Positions 25,471 through 41,000 of a DNA stretch of 64,000 bases are shown in pieces (the first letter of the stretch is position 1; the number at the start of each line of letters is the position of its first letter). Position numbers and translations under genes: made by a program. Under the pieces are notes generated by a model. It worked only from the letters and a program-made list of their open reading frames with translations. It was not told the DNA's origin and ran no database searches. The DNA is from Flaccisagitta enflata. Its lineage: Eukaryota. Location of the stretch: assembly GCA_965153355.1 (NCBI GenBank), contig OZ231126.1, positions 46,562,001 to 46,626,000 on the forward strand. Direction: 5' to 3'.

Positions 25471-28400
25471 ATGCACCGAGCGTATCAACCGCTGCTGCCA
25501 ACGCACAATAAACTCCTTCAGAAGCGATGGGATGACAAATACTATAGCGAGCATAGGGATAAAGTTCGAGGAGCCAATCCCATGGTTGACACAAAACCAC
25601 CACCGACGTATATGCATCTTCATTTGAAACTCAAGAAGTTACAGCTCGAAGAGGAAAGATTAGCACAGGTAGTAAAGGACCACTAGAGGTGAATCAGACA
25701 AAATGAGGGTCAAGGAGGCGTCAGATTATGCTTACATCAAATTATTCCACAGGTGGAGAGAGACAATCGGATCCTTTTGGAGAAAATGGCCCACATCATG
25801 AGAACCAGAGGAAGGGTTGACAATATCAACTCGTATCAGTACAAAAGTCTCAACAAAGAGAAGCGACAAAGAGAACTGGTTCGAGTGACACAGGTGAGTA
25901 TGCAACGTAGCCAAGACAAGCCAAAACGTGACCAAGACAAGCCAAAACTATGATTAAGACCGACCAATAAGGATTTAAAACCAACTATTTTAAATAATCC
26001 ATTCCCTTCCTATTGAAAGCCTAGGTTTCGAATTCCATGGTAAGAGCATTTGTGCCAAACACAAAACCGACCAATAACCTACTACAATCGGTTAAAAATC
26101 AGGAAAATCAAGCGTTACTATCGAGAGTTCTCGCGAGAAAACCAGAATACTCAGTTCAACGGTATCGCAGCGAATGGAGCGACGTGATCAAATTCATGGA
26201 TAACATCGCTTGCTACCCAGTGGATTGGTACCAAGACTACCTTGCCAGAAGGCGATTACGCTCGGGTAAATAACTGAGCGGCTTCTCATGAAGAAAGAGC
26301 TTAACCATGTATAAGCCATGACAGATATTCCATGTACTTGTCAATTTTACGTATCATCTCGCTTAACTTTTCTTCCACGAGACTTCTAATCTTTTCCTAG
26401 TAACGTTTCATTGAATTTGTTCTGTTTCACCGATTCAAAGAACATGCTGCGCCCATTTCTTAAGTATAAACATTGGTTTGTCGGAGTACATCTTATCACT
26501 TCGATGAACTGAAAAATTCTAAATCTTAACGAAATATTTTAAGAGATCGATAACATGCAACGAAGGAAGCTTTAGGAGGCAGATATTGAATATAAATATG
26601 GATGTTAAACGACTAAACGCCATGATGCCGGATTGCCGGTACATGACCTGATGTAAAAAATACAAGGGCTTGACCAAATTACAGGCTTTGGTTAATTTGC
26701 GTTTTATGTAGAAATGGATGGCGACGAAGAAGAGAGGCCAGAGGAGCTGGCCCCGCTTCCTCCCAGGACGCTTTCCGCACTGCCCAAAAAGAGCCGGAGG
26801 TCAGCGGGTAGCATAAGCGCTAGGAGTCAAGACAGCGGACATATGAGCGGCCGAGGCGATAGCGATGATGAATTAGCCCCTCAAAATGGTAAGTGCTTGC
26901 ATGCAGGGAACATAGATACTAACAAATACACACGGCCCGCAGCAACGGTCTCGCGGATGGTTCAAGGACAGTAGGATCGCATACCCACGTTTTAGATGCA
27001 CTGACCGACAGATATGACCGGGCCAGCATAGCGTGATTTCATTGCATCCCAGAAACGGACAGACGGGCAGACCATTTGTTACCTGAAATTCCTCTGTTAA
27101 TCCTCTTGCGTTTTCGGGAAAACGACGAGTCCTCACGAATGTTTGGATGTTGATCATTGACCATGGAGAGACGAAGCGTCTAATTTCGAGAAATTGAGAG
27201 ACCGCCGATTGAGGATTTGAATTCACGAACAGAGTGAGCGAGGCAATGAGTAATCGAGGATCGGAGGATCGGAGGACTGTCATCGTCGTTGCTATGATCG
27301 TCGTCGCTTCGCAGTCCGCTTCATCCTCGTCGGTTCTCTGTTGCCGCGTTGCTCAGCTCCGAGCCGTGCCGCTAGGCTATGAGGAAAGATTGGGGGTGAG
27401 GGTGGGGAATTAAGAAGAGAAATGAAAGAATGGTTGGCATATATCATATGCTACAACGTTACTGCAGTTAAAAAAGTTACAAAACACGAAATAGGTTTGC
27501 TCCCAAAATTCAGAGTAGATGTGTGACGTGTTCGCCTGGAGACAGTCCGTAGACACACAGAAAAGCTCCATCCCACACGCAGCGTCGTTGAATAAATCCC
27601 ACATACTTAGGCGCTGCTGAACCAAAGATACGTGAAAGTGGGAGGAACTGAAAAGAATTTGGAGGATTACTGAATGATTTACAAGATTATAATCATTCAG
27701 AAAGATTTAAGTATAATAAAAAAATTGACAGCGAGAAGAGAAAATTTTTTTTCTGGAAGAGATAGGAGGGAAAACAAAAAATAAAACATAAGAGTTTCCT
27801 GATGTTGCACGAATAAAGATAAAATGGATAAATTATAAGAATGAATAAAAGACAGTAGAGTAGCATAACAATGAGTGAAGCACGGTATTTTAGGAAAGTT
27901 TGCTTTAAACGCCAGTATCAGTGTCACGCTCTATCAGCAGAGCAGCGTTTCCTCTTTGAAGTTCGATTGAAAGACGCTGAAGAGAAAACGTGCAAACAAA
28001 TTATTGGAGCGACAACGTTGCAAAAGACAAAAACGAAGTATCAGTAGGTTTTTTTTCAAGGAGCGAGGGGGGGGGGGATATTCAACAATAAGAAATAATG
28101 ATAAAAATAATAAAAACAATAATGAATTTTTTTCCTAATTTCCTCTAATTTTTTTTTTTTTTTTAGATAATTTTCGAGCGAAGAAGCCGGCAAAATTACT
28201 GCCTGTGGCGCTCTCGTGAGAGAGTTACTGGAAGTGGTATCTTGGGATCTCAACCCCCCCAACAAAACAAAAGGCTTTTGCTTTTTAGCTGCGCCATAGC
28301 ACCTCTATGAGAGGCTTTTTTTTTCTGAAATGGAAGTCAAGAGAGACAAAAAATGAGTATAACGGTAATACCCTAGTTACTCATTGGCATAGTTGTTAGT

Positions 28401-28533
28401 CCGTCGGTCGGTAGCTGTTGCAACCCCAAGGGGAACGCCCTTGACGTTGCCATATACAGTAGTAGCAATGTTTTTTTTGTAACGAGAACACAGAACAACA
28501 CAGAACGAAAAATAAAACGTAACGCAATGTAAC

Positions 28534-28569
<36 letters not shown>

Positions 28570-28676
28570 GGAACAGTGAAGAAAAAAAAAACGAACGGGA
28601 AAAAAGAACGAATATATACACGTGAAAGAGTGAGGGAGATGGAACAATGGAATAAAAAATAATAAAAAAAAATAAC

Positions 28677-28741
<65 letters not shown>

Positions 28742-31700
28742 TTACGTGAAGTAAGGATCATATTGTACTTAAAAAAATGTATGCGCGATTATTATGGATT
28801 GTAATGATAGAAAATGCGAGTTATGGCAATGAAGGAAAGAGCGAGAAAAAAAAATGGTATCCCGAATTGACAACGAAAAACTATCTTGTTGAATCACACG
28901 AGCGACAGTTACGGACGCGACATACAAAACTATGGTATGGCGCCAATAACTCTAATTTCGACTTCTCTTTAAAAGTTGCAATACTTCGAGATTCTTTCAA
29001 CGACGAAGAAAGAGAATTCCAGTATTTTGGGGCAATGCTTTTGATTGATCTATCATCTGAATGACAAACAAAGAAATTACTTCTTGCCCCCCTAGTAGAA
29101 TAACCATGATTTACCGAAGTTACCATAGAGGCCATAGCACCTGGTAGCATATCCTTGGAGAGCTTAAAAGAAAAAATTCTGACACTTTGGACAAACAAAT
29201 CATCTATCTCAAGAGTCGCCAATTCGGCAAAAAGTGGGTCCGCATGAGAAATTCGGCCGGCACTGCTTATTATTCTTACCAAACTTTTCTGAAGGGTCAA
29301 TAACCGATCCCTTAACCCAAGGTTACGATCTCCCTTAAAGTTCCCCCAGTTAAGCAAACAGTACTGAAGATGGGGAAGGACCATTGTGTTGTATAAAAGA
29401 AAAAGTTGGGGCCCGTTCATGAATCCCCTGGCTCTTGCAATTATCCCAACAGTCTGACTTATTTTTGACACAATCTTACCAATATGAACCCGCCAGGAGA
29501 TTCCCTTATCAATGAATACACCAAGGAACTTAGAGCTCTCGACCTCTCGTATTGGCTTACCATCCATCTTTATGTCCCACTTGGGTGCTTCGCATAGAAA
29601 AAGTTGGTTATTTTTTTTCGCCCTCTTTACCTAATGTGGAGTGACCAATTTTAGGATACTTACCATTTTTGTTTTATCAAAAATCGTTCATCTTCCGTTT
29701 TTTAGAAAATTACTTTTGAGGACCTAATTTACATAATGCAGTGAGATAAAACAATATGCAGACATTATTTGAATCAGCTTTCATAATTATCTACTCTTCA
29801 TAGAATTGCAATTCTGCATTTTTATTTGCTCTTTTATAACTTATGTTTTGATATTTTAGTTTATTTTTACATACATCATAATTTTTTAAAACAAATAATT
29901 GTCCTTTTTGTAACAAAACTACACAGGATTTTGCTGAATTCTGGGAAATCAGTGGAAACTTTAGGGCTAAAACAAAAATGGAAGATGAAGGAATTTTGAA
30001 AAAAGGAAAATGGTCATTTTCATGATTTCTGCTCCTCCACATTACCTAAGTAGGGTGAAGGGATACTCCTAACTTTTGCTATGTGAAGCACCCAAATGTC
30101 CCACCCATCCCCAACTAGGTTCTTGATTGGTTTACTGAAATCTACAAACTCAGTCTTATCATAATTCAAAGTTAATTTATTGTGAGCAAACCAATCCGAC
30201 AGCCTACCCAATTCTGAATTTATCCCCCTTAATAAAGCACCCCGGTCTTTCCCTGAAACAAAAAGGTTTGTGTCATCCGCGAAAAGGATGTACCTGAAAA
30301 AGGACGACGCCCTAGAGAGGTCGTTTATATATAAAAGAAAGAAAAGAGGACCCAGTATGCTGCCTTGAGGTACACCCACAAGGACCTCTCTGTGCGAAGA
30401 TTCAGAGGATCCAAAGACAACATACTGCATCCGGTTACAAAGATAACTCCTCATAAGTTCCAAGGGTATCCCTCTTATCCCTAGATGTTCCATCTTGGCC
30501 AAAAGGATAGAATGGTCCACTGTATCAAATGCTTTCTTAAAGTCTACAAATACCCCTAGGCAGTGTTCCCCCTCTTCCCATGCTTTTCGGACTTTTTCCA
30601 CCATATCAAGAATAGCCATATAGGTGGAATGGCCTCGCCTAAAACCATACTGACCAGCTAGAATGGAATTCTGTTTCTTCAAAAACTTCAGTAGTCTTCC
30701 CTGTATAATTCTTTCAAAAATTTTCGAAACAACAGGCAAAACTGATATTGGGCGGTAGTTTCCAAACTGAGTCGGGTCTCCTTTTTTGAAAACTGGCGTA
30801 ACCCTGGCTAATTTAAGGAAATCCGGAAAGTACCCCACCTCGAGACATCGATTAATAAATACAGAAAGTGGTCCACTGATCTCAGCGGCAACATAACAAA
30901 GAGCCGCAGGAGAAATTTCGTCATGGCCCGGACCCTTGGAGCAATCTACGCTCTTACAAAGAGATTCAATCTCAGCAGGCGAGGTGGGTGCAAAAAAGGC
31001 AGATGAGACAGATCGAGGGCCTAAAAAATCGCGGAAGGAGCCCGACGCCGGATGACTTATTCCTGAAGCTAAATGGGGACCAATGTTAGTGTAAAAGTCA
31101 CAGAACGCCTCAGAAATATCCCGATCACTAGTAATCATCCCACCATCACTAGAGAAAGTGCGGGAGGGTGGGTCCTTTGTCCGTCCAGTTTTCCCAATGA
31201 AGTCATGAAGGACCCTCCAAGCCGCCCTGGAGTTTTTGCCGGCTTCATTGAGTTTTTTTGCAAAGTAAGATTTTTTAAGGTGGAGCCTAAGGCGACCAAT
31301 TTCCACGGTCAGGGATTCAAGGTGGGCCAATTGCCGCGCTGAGAGTCCGTCAGTTGATTTAAGTTTGAGCGTGTAGAGTCTGTTCCTTTCTTTTATTTTG
31401 TCCTTTAAAGTGTCATCATTCAGCCATGGCTTCACTAAATCTATTCTGCGTATTCTAACCTTTTTTTGTGGGAACGATTTGTTGTAACCGTCTCTTAGTT
31501 CATTCCTAAACCTTACTGCACCCTCCATCACTGAAACACCCTCAAGGGAAAAACTCTTACTCCAATTTGACACGAATTCTCGAAATTTTTCCTTATTTCT
31601 TATACCATTCTCCCTTTTAATGGCAAACCGGGGACCTGTTTCCAGGCTGACCCCCACTTCACCAAAAATTGCAAAAGCCGGGAGATGGTCGCTGATTGCC

Positions 31701-34698
31701 GAAAAAATCATACCCGAGGAAATAGGTCTACAAAAATCATTAGTAAAAATGTTGTCAATCAGCGTAGCACTTGAGGGTGTAATTCTAGATGGAAGGGAAA
31801 TAAGAGGATGAAAACCCACATTATTCATATCACAAAGAAATTTTCCAGTGGCGGAGTGATGCTCACTCTTAATAAGATCCAAGTTAAAGTCCCCCATGAG
31901 GTAACACCTCTTATTCTTAACTTTGTCCAATACAGTTTCTAAATGTTGAGAAAACAATGATACATCGGAGCCTGGGGGACAATAAATAACTCCAACTATG
32001 TAGCTTCCGCTCTTGTCGTTTACCTCTACAAAAATTGACTCAAATACACTCTCTTGAAAAATGTCCAAGTCGTCCCTAGTTTTATAGGTCAGGTGGCGCC
32101 TAAGGTAGATGGCAACCCCGCCCCATCTTTTATTTTTCCTAGAGTTTGCAACTAAATTATAACCCCCTAGGGTGGCAAATTTTTCGGAGACCTCATTAAA
32201 ATGTGTCTCAGTGAATCCTAAAATGTAAAATTTAGATCTCAGGGCCTCCTGAAGCAGTTCAAAATCCTCCAACTTCCTCGACAGACCATTTATATTCAAA
32301 CAGAGCAGCGACAGCTGCCCTTTATTTTTCTTAATAAAACCCTGCCTCATCTTAAAAAATTTTTCCTCATCATAATAACTGCAGCCACCTAGTGTTCTGT
32401 CGAGGTCTACTAAGGTATCTTTAACCAAATCATCCAGGGGGTTGAATCTTAATTCTATTGCCTTATCCAGATGTCTCTGATCTATACGAAAGCCATTAAG
32501 TGCCTCTCGAAATTCTCTATCATTAACTATAGCATTAAAGGGGAATATTTCAGGGAGACATCTGTCGCAGTAATTTATATCAAGGGTGCCATCTAGATAC
32601 CGCACTTTCCTAGAGCAAAGCGCGCAACAGCCACGGGTGTAGCGACCGCGCGTGGGTGATGGTGGAGCCAACTTTGGCGAGGGTGAAAAAGACGCGGGAA
32701 GGGTTAATTCTAACATTGAGTCAACCGCCTCATTGGTAACGTCTAAGAGAGACGAGCTTCCTAATGAAGCGAGAGGAGGCGGAGGAAGGTGAAGAGGAGG
32801 AAGAGGTGGAGGAAGGTGAAGAGGAGGAAGAGGGGGAGGGAGGTGAAGAGGAGGAAGAGGCGGAGGAAGATGAAGAGGAAAAGAAACCACAGAATTAGGT
32901 GACAAAATACTTTCTGTAGAAACATCAATGAACTCGACTGTGTAATGGCATGAAATTCGCACTCCTCGTGTCACGACGCCGGAAGAAGAGAGGATTGCTG
33001 AGTGCAGTGTCTCGAAACGATCCTAGAGGCGGGAAGTTGCGTAAGTCATTTGGCGGTGGGATTGGCGTAGGCAACAGTCCGACTCCTCTCGGTCTATGTC
33101 TGTCGGTCGGTCGGTCGGTCGGTCGGTCACGTAACGCTCGAGTTGAAAATCTCGAAAAGAAGCGAAAATCACTGGAAATGATTCAGAAATATGCTGGAAT
33201 GATTGTTAGATGCGCCATAGCATCTCTATAGGAAAGTCTGTCCGTCCATCCGTCGGTCACGCTCGAATGAAAAATCGCTAGAAATGTTTGAAATCAATAG
33301 AAAACTCATTTCGTTCATCATAAATGATACTTATATATCATAAATGATACTAATATATCATAAATGATATCATATATATCATATCATATATATATCATAT
33401 ATATCATCATATATATCATCATACATATCATCATATATATCATCATATATATCATATATATCATATATATCATATATATATCATATATCATATCATTTAT
33501 CATGTATCATATCATACATATATATCATATTTCATATCATGTATCATATCATATATCATATCATATCATATCATATATCATATCATATATCAAATCATAT
33601 ATCATATCATATATCATATCATATATCATATCATATATCATATCATATATCATATCATATATCATATCATATATCATATATCATATCATATATCATATCA
33701 TATATCATATCATATATAATATCATATATCATATCATATATCATATCATATTATATATCATATCATATATCATATCATAAATCATATTATATATCATATC
33801 ATATATCATATCATATGTCATATCATATATCATATATCATATCATATCATATATCATATCATATCATATATCGTATCATATCATATATCATATCATATAT
33901 CATATCATATATCATATCATATATTATATCATATCATATCATATCATATATCATATCATATATCATGTCATATATATCATATATATCATATCATATATCA
34001 TATCATATATATCATATATATCATATATATCACATATATCATAAATGATACTAATATAATCAGCTACGGTCTTATAGAGCTGGGGATAGGTCGGATAGGT
34101 CTGGTGATAGGTCGGATAGGTCTTAGGATAGGTCTGATAGAGCTAGGGATAGGTCTGATAGAGCTGGTGATAGGTCTGATAGAGCTTGGGAAAGGTCTGA
34201 TAGAGCTCGGGAGAGGCCTGATAGAGCTCGGGATAGGTCTTATAAAGCTAGGAATGGTCTGATAGAGCTAGGGATAGGTCTGATGGAGCTAGGGATAGCT
34301 ATGGATTAATAATGCCCGGCGGGATAGGTCTGGTAGAGCTAGGAATGGTCTGATAGAGCTAGGGATAGGTCTGATAGAGCTAGGGATAGCTATGAATAAA
34401 TGACGCTCGGCGCACCGTCTTGGCCCGTGTATCCGGCCTTGTTTATATACGTCCGCGTCCTCGCATCTCTATACGAGGTCATGCCCGCGCCCGTCGGTCT
34501 GTTGGTCTGTCTATCTATCAGTCATGCTAACCTTAATAACCTAAAAATCGCAATATCTTTAATAGAAAAGTGCTTCTAACCCAGTAGTAGTACATAGCAT
34601 AAATTGAATAAATTGATCATCACATCATTCCTTCATTATAATAACATTTTTTTCATAAAATAATTCACTTAAAGAGGACGCAGAGAGTGAGAGGGAGA

Positions 34699-34737
<39 letters not shown>

Positions 34738-34860
34738 AGATCGTTAGGGGCGGAGAAAATGACAAATATTGATCTAAAAAATGGAATTAGGGCGGAGCAT
34801 GGGTGAATTTTTGAGGACCATGCGTATGAGCATAAAAGCATAGAAGTAATCACTGGAGAG

Positions 34861-34949
<89 letters not shown>

Positions 34950-35041
34950 TAAATAGAGAACAATCACTATGTAGTGTGTGTCACTACTGTGTGGTGTAAA
35001 CCTGGCAGCTTGACGTACGTTTTTGATTAATGATGCAAACG

Positions 35042-35074
<33 letters not shown>

Positions 35075-38000
35075 CGGAGGTAGAGAAATGAATAGGAAAT
35101 CTTCGTTGAAACAGGGTGAATGGAAGATGGGATCGACCAAAAGTCGGGACTCAATGTGAGTTGTTTCCCTCCGAATTTTGCTCTGGTCCGTCCCTCGACC
35201 TAGCAGTAGTTGACTCTCATCATCATGAATTGTGTGAACTAAAGGATCTAGATAAAGAAGACTTTTCCGAGCCTCCAGCTATTCATTGAGATGGGATTGA
35301 GTTCCGTCTAATCCTACCACCGGAGTGGTCGATGTGTATCGAAATTGGCCGGAAAACAATTTTCTCACCTTGCGATGATTGTTAGGGAAACCGGAATTGG
35401 CAATCCTGGATTCTTCTTCGATAAAGATGAAATGATCTCGGATCTTGCAAACTACCGTGGGAATTATATTACCGTCTTACAGTACCATAGGAGCAATGAG
35501 AACCTCAGCTTTAGGTTCTTCCTTTAAACATTGAGAATATAGAGGGCCCTCTTTCTACTATACTGCTCTTATTGCTCCCATCGTACTGTATGTGTCAGAG
35601 CATTTCACAAAAAGGCCGTGTCGACGTAAGTTCAGACTTCGATTTGAGTTGCGATGCCTCGATTTCAATCTCAACGAGAAATTCCTAGTTGCGAATATTT
35701 TTTTATTTTTTGGTATGCCCATGAAGTAGACTAGATATTGCTGTAATTAGGCAGTTGGGGCGGTAGTCTCGTCCAGATTATTCATTTTTATTTGCATATT
35801 TGCTTGACAATTAATCTATTTATTTCTAGCTTACAAATTGTAATGTAAACTGACAACTTACGTTCTTATTCTTTGGTGTACACTTTTTTTTTTATAAGCA
35901 CGCACCTTTTTCGGCTGAGGCTGGACGTGCTTAGCAAAATCTCATTATCGAGGCTAAAATGTGTTTAAATGCGTGCTTATTATTTATTGGTAAATCATAA
36001 TTATCCTATTCAGTATAGTACACAGTAGGGAATAAAAAAACAGTAGAGCATAAAGTACTGTATATTATAGAATGAAATATAGTATAAAATAGGGTAATGA
36101 ATGTATCTTTAACTGACGTTGTCCTGATTTCATATAAACCATGGGATAAGATTAGTACCTTGATATATCATGAACTTTTTTTTAGATTTGTAGTGTTATT
36201 TGATATCATGATATATTCGGGTGTGTCAATATGCAAAAGGTCTTTTGATCAGCTCATCATCATCAGGGAGTATGTAGACATAAATTACAAGACACTTACC
36301 GTTTTTATTTTTTTCAATTTCAATCATCATCCGTTTTTTTAGCACACATAAAGATTGTCAAAAATATATATACTTTTAGCGACTGCACCCAGTTTTGTTG
36401 AAAATAAGACTAATAACTCATTTTAAAAATTATGTTTTTTCTATTACTAAATCATCTTGTATAAAAGCAGAATATTTAGACGAATTTTTTATAGTATAAA
36501 GAATAAAAGAACCAATGTGTTTTGATTCTTTTCCTTGTCATCAATAATCCAGGTGCAAAACCAGCTGCACTACAATATACAAATTAGGGGCTAAATGGGG
36601 ATTTAGAAAAAAACGGAAGATGAATGAAATTTGGAAAAAGAAAAACGTCAAGTATCTTAGAATTAATGTCCCAACAATCCCTGATGATGACCATCTGATC
36701 AAAAAACCTTTTGCATATTGACACACCCGAATGATATATTATTCTTTTTTAGTGGTCCTCAATATTATGTGGAAGAAATGTCCGAGACGATACTGATCTT
36801 TTGTTTTTATCGGGTTTCCCCGTTTGGGCGAAGCTTTAATTCGAGTAGATTCGAGTTGAAATGGGTTTAACCCAGCTCTCACCTTGCCCCCAACGCTAGT
36901 CCTGACCCTAACCCTAACCCTAAAACCACCCCGAGCCCTAACCCTAACTCTAACCCTACCCCTAACCCTAAATAAAAACCCGCTTAGAAAGTTAGTAAAA
37001 CAAAAGACATCATCAAGTTGGACATCAGTACCTATTAGGTTACATTAATAAATTCTTAGCAACAATAGGATTCAAGCAATAACATTCTCAAATATTATAA
37101 GAAATTTTATTTTTTTATCAGTATCAAAATCCTAAATATACTGATAGATTGATATTATAGTTAATTTTAAATTCTATCAAAGTTTCCTTTGGTTTCTGTA
37201 AAATTTCAACTAAAAATGTCTTAAAATAGGCATATTTTTTGGAAATTCATCAAAAAAAAATTTTTGAATCAGAAATCTCAGTCTGGAGCGTGCTTAGCAA
37301 TGTGCTTAAAATTTTCCAATATCTGAGACTGGGCGTGCTTATAAACGAGGTGCTTATATAAAAGAAAAAGTGTATGTGAGGTAGTGTCTGTGGGTGGGTG
37401 GGCACTCGGTACAATTGGGTTGAGTAGTGGTGATTGACAGATTTATGCGTAAACAAACTTCCGTGGTTTAATAGTAGTAGTACCTACTACTGGTACCTAC
37501 TACTGGTACCACTGGTACCTACTACTGGTCTATTTCGACCTAAATCATCCAATTCATTCTCATTTTCTGCTTTTCTATCGGCGTTTTCATTCATTGCAAT
37601 GTTTAAAAGCCTGTCCTTTTCTTCGCTCTTTGTTGGTTGGTGCATCAACTTCATGCAGCGAACCTTTACAACTAAACAAATAAAAATCATCGAGGGGGCT
37701 CCCATTAGTTACAACTTGACCAGGATGTCATATTTGCGTAACCTAATGCGTCTCACGCTGTGCTTCAAGGGGAGTCTGAGCTTTCCCAATCTCTATCTTT
37801 CAATGGCAAAGAGAGGAAATAAGGGCATACCATTCAAAACCGAGCGTACCAACTCTGTTCTATGCACCTTTTATCGGGCTTGACATGACTAAGGTAATAC
37901 AACTCCCTTTTTTTTTAAGAATAAGGTATTTGCTGAAGCTCAATGTTCTGATTCTAATCTTTATTTGAGGCCCAATTAGTAGCTAACATGATATCATTTT

Positions 38001-41000
38001 TTTCCAACTTTATCATTCAAAATATTTCATCTCATTGACTATAAAATTTACATATTTAAGAAAATCAATACTGTTTCAATGGTTTTTTTTGAAAAAAAAA
38101 CGTCAAAAACTTCCTCCTTTCTGAAAGCATAAGGCCCTATGAAAAGGGCAGCGGTTTACAACTCCACGTTCAGTTCCATCGAGTTAGGTGACGTGACATA
38201 GGATTATGAAGAATATACTGATCATGAAATTGCACATCTCAAATCTCAATGAACGAGATCACCATGCTTATGTGCAGGCCTTTTTTTAGGGCGAGCCCGC
38301 GAGCCCGTGGCTCTCTATTTTGCTGTCGGGCTCTCATGTTTTGCTAGCTCTGAGCCCGTTGGGCTCTCTCAATTTTGATGAATTTGACTAAATTGATAAA
38401 TTTTTTGGATCAGTCAAAGTACATGCTGAAGACTGAAATACCTTTAAAATAACGCCTGGCCAGAAATTATGGGGCGTTACAACGTAGACTTGCCCATTTT
38501 CCCAACCTTCTAATTCTAGTGGATTTAGTCCTCACCCTGCCTGCCATTAACAATGGCTGATTGCGAGAAACTTGTAGAAACTGAACATCACGCTTCGCTA
38601 CTTCCCTCTGCTTCAGATGACCTTTGATGGTTTACTTGAACTCTCCAGCCATCAAAGTCTTTCCTTTGAACTGCAATCCTGTGGATGGTTGTGAATAAAA
38701 CCATGCACAATTTTCAAGTAGATAGTGACTCAAGTGAATAGAAGTCAGATATTGAATGCATTGCCTCAACGCATTTTATTGCCAAATATGAGTTGATTTA
38801 TGAGTGAAGTATTTTTTTTTTTTTTTTTTGCTTTCAATTACCATGTATTTTCGTTTGTTGTTGATAGGAAAAAAAAGTTTGCTTGAAATACTCTAGAATC
38901 AAATTTTCATAGTTACATTAGTGCTAAACTTAAGCAAGGGGGGGGGGCACCTAGAGTGAAAATCACACATTGGTGGTATTTGCCGGGCTCGCTGTTTTTC
39001 TTTCGGGCTCTCTAAAATTTTGAGGTGAGAGCCCGACTGGCTCGCTCCAAAAAATCAATAAAAAAAGGCCTGCTTATGTGTATTAAAAAGTACACACCAG
39101 CTTAAAAAAACAAAGGGTTGTGAAAACCCAGTGGACTTTCGCCTTTTTGTCACCTGACATTCCAGATTAATAATTCAGATGTTTTTAGTTCCAAATTTTT
39201 GCAAGCTTTTGAAATATCAATTTTACCTGATTTAACAACACCTGATATGACAGCCAAACCTGAGTAAAAGTCGCTGTTTCCAGGTACCTTGTAATTTTTT
39301 CTCCTGATTTAGTGACATTGATATTTTATCCTTGTTGTGTGATTGTTTTTACTTCAATTTTTTATTCAAGCTTTGATATATTTTAAAGTTGATGAAAAAT
39401 ATTTGATCATAAGCTAAGACTTTTAACAGAAAAGTGAATAAGATATCAGCTTATTTTCTAAGTAATGTTTTATATCTTACAAATGATTTAGGGAGCTGCT
39501 GATTGAGTCTCTGCACGATTTTGTTTTTCTTTCAGAATCCACCGCCAGAGCGAATTAAATTCGAATAGCTTCGGGTCGTAATACATAAAACCCAGCCAAC
39601 CCTTAGCCCTAAAGCAAACCTCGTCCCTAACCCTAACCCTAAAACTATCCCCAACCCTAACCCTAACCCTAAACCCACCCCTAACCCTAATTTTAAAAAA
39701 ACGCTTAAAAAGTCTTAAAAACAAAAGATCGACAGATGCTTGTACAAGTGTACCATGATGTAGGATATCTTGAATTTATTCTCTTACATGACATTGTCTG
39801 CCTGTCTTTCTGTCTTTCTTCTGTATGTCTGTCTTTCTGTCTGTCTTCTGTATGTTTTTTTCAGTTGTCTGTATTTCTGTCTCTCTGTCTGTCTTCTGTA
39901 TGTTTTTTACAGTTGTCTGTCTGTCTGTCTTTCTGTCTATCTTCAGTATGTCTGTCTTTCTGTCTGTCCTCTGTATGTCTTTTTTCAGTTCTCTGTCTGT
40001 CTGTCTTTCTGTCTATCTTCTGTAAGTCTTTATCTTTATGTTATTTTTTATCTTTATTCTTTCATATGTCACTGTCTGTGTCTTTCTTAATGTCATTCTT
40101 TTACATGACATTGTCCTTTGGTCTTTCTGTCTTCTGTGCATTTTTCTGTATTTCTGTCTGTCTGTATGTCTTTTTTCAGTTGTTTGTCTTTTTATAAGTC
40201 TTCTGTGTGTCTTTTTTCAGTTTGTCTGAAGTTTTGTTTGTCATTTTATTTGTATGTCTGTTGGCTATTTGCACAAATGCTTGAATAATGAACATGACAA
40301 TCGATTGGACACTGATGAAGCCATTTAGATCAATTAAAAAAGATATAGAAATTCAACAACATTCGGATTTAACAACCAAAAATCCCCAGCCCCCAGGGTC
40401 GTTAATCAGGGTTTCCACTGTATTTCGATCACCGCCTAATCTTATATATAAACCGACGGGCCGACCAAGCCTGTATACGAGTCTATCATTCTCATCAATG
40501 GAATGGCTGGATAACTCAGCAAGTTCCCATCTTTCCTCTGATCGAAATGGTGTCTAGGTGTGTTTGAATCTTCCCCTACAACTTGTTCGAACCGTCGATT
40601 TCCTAGGTCATCGTGTTCTTTTTATTGGTGCGAATTCGCGTCATGTGGCTTGTTGTACAGTAACACCTCGCTATAACGGATCCAAGAGGGACGGAAATTT
40701 GCCCCTTATTTAATTTTTACATTATTGTTTTACAGTGCGGCGCAAAAAAAATTTAGGAACTAATAGATCTTATTTTATAGCATTAGATAGTAATTTGTTA
40801 CTATTTTTTTTTGTTATCCAAAGTTTGGATTACAAAACTTGACAGAAGCATACACAGTTTAACTACACAGTGACAAATGGAGCAGTATTGAAAAAAAGCT
40901 AAAAGGATATATTAGGTTTTATCACAATCACCTTAAAGCTTTAACATCTATTGAATTTTATTATGATTATCAAAAACTTCAATCTTGTCCTCGTTCTTAT

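Noticed and set aside
33364-34048. Y/I/S/H-rich ORFs
   Set aside because: ATATC satellite.
35369-35451. KIRDHFIF resembling an RNA polymerase RPAC1 motif
   Set aside because: Too short, and no other exons of such a gene were found.
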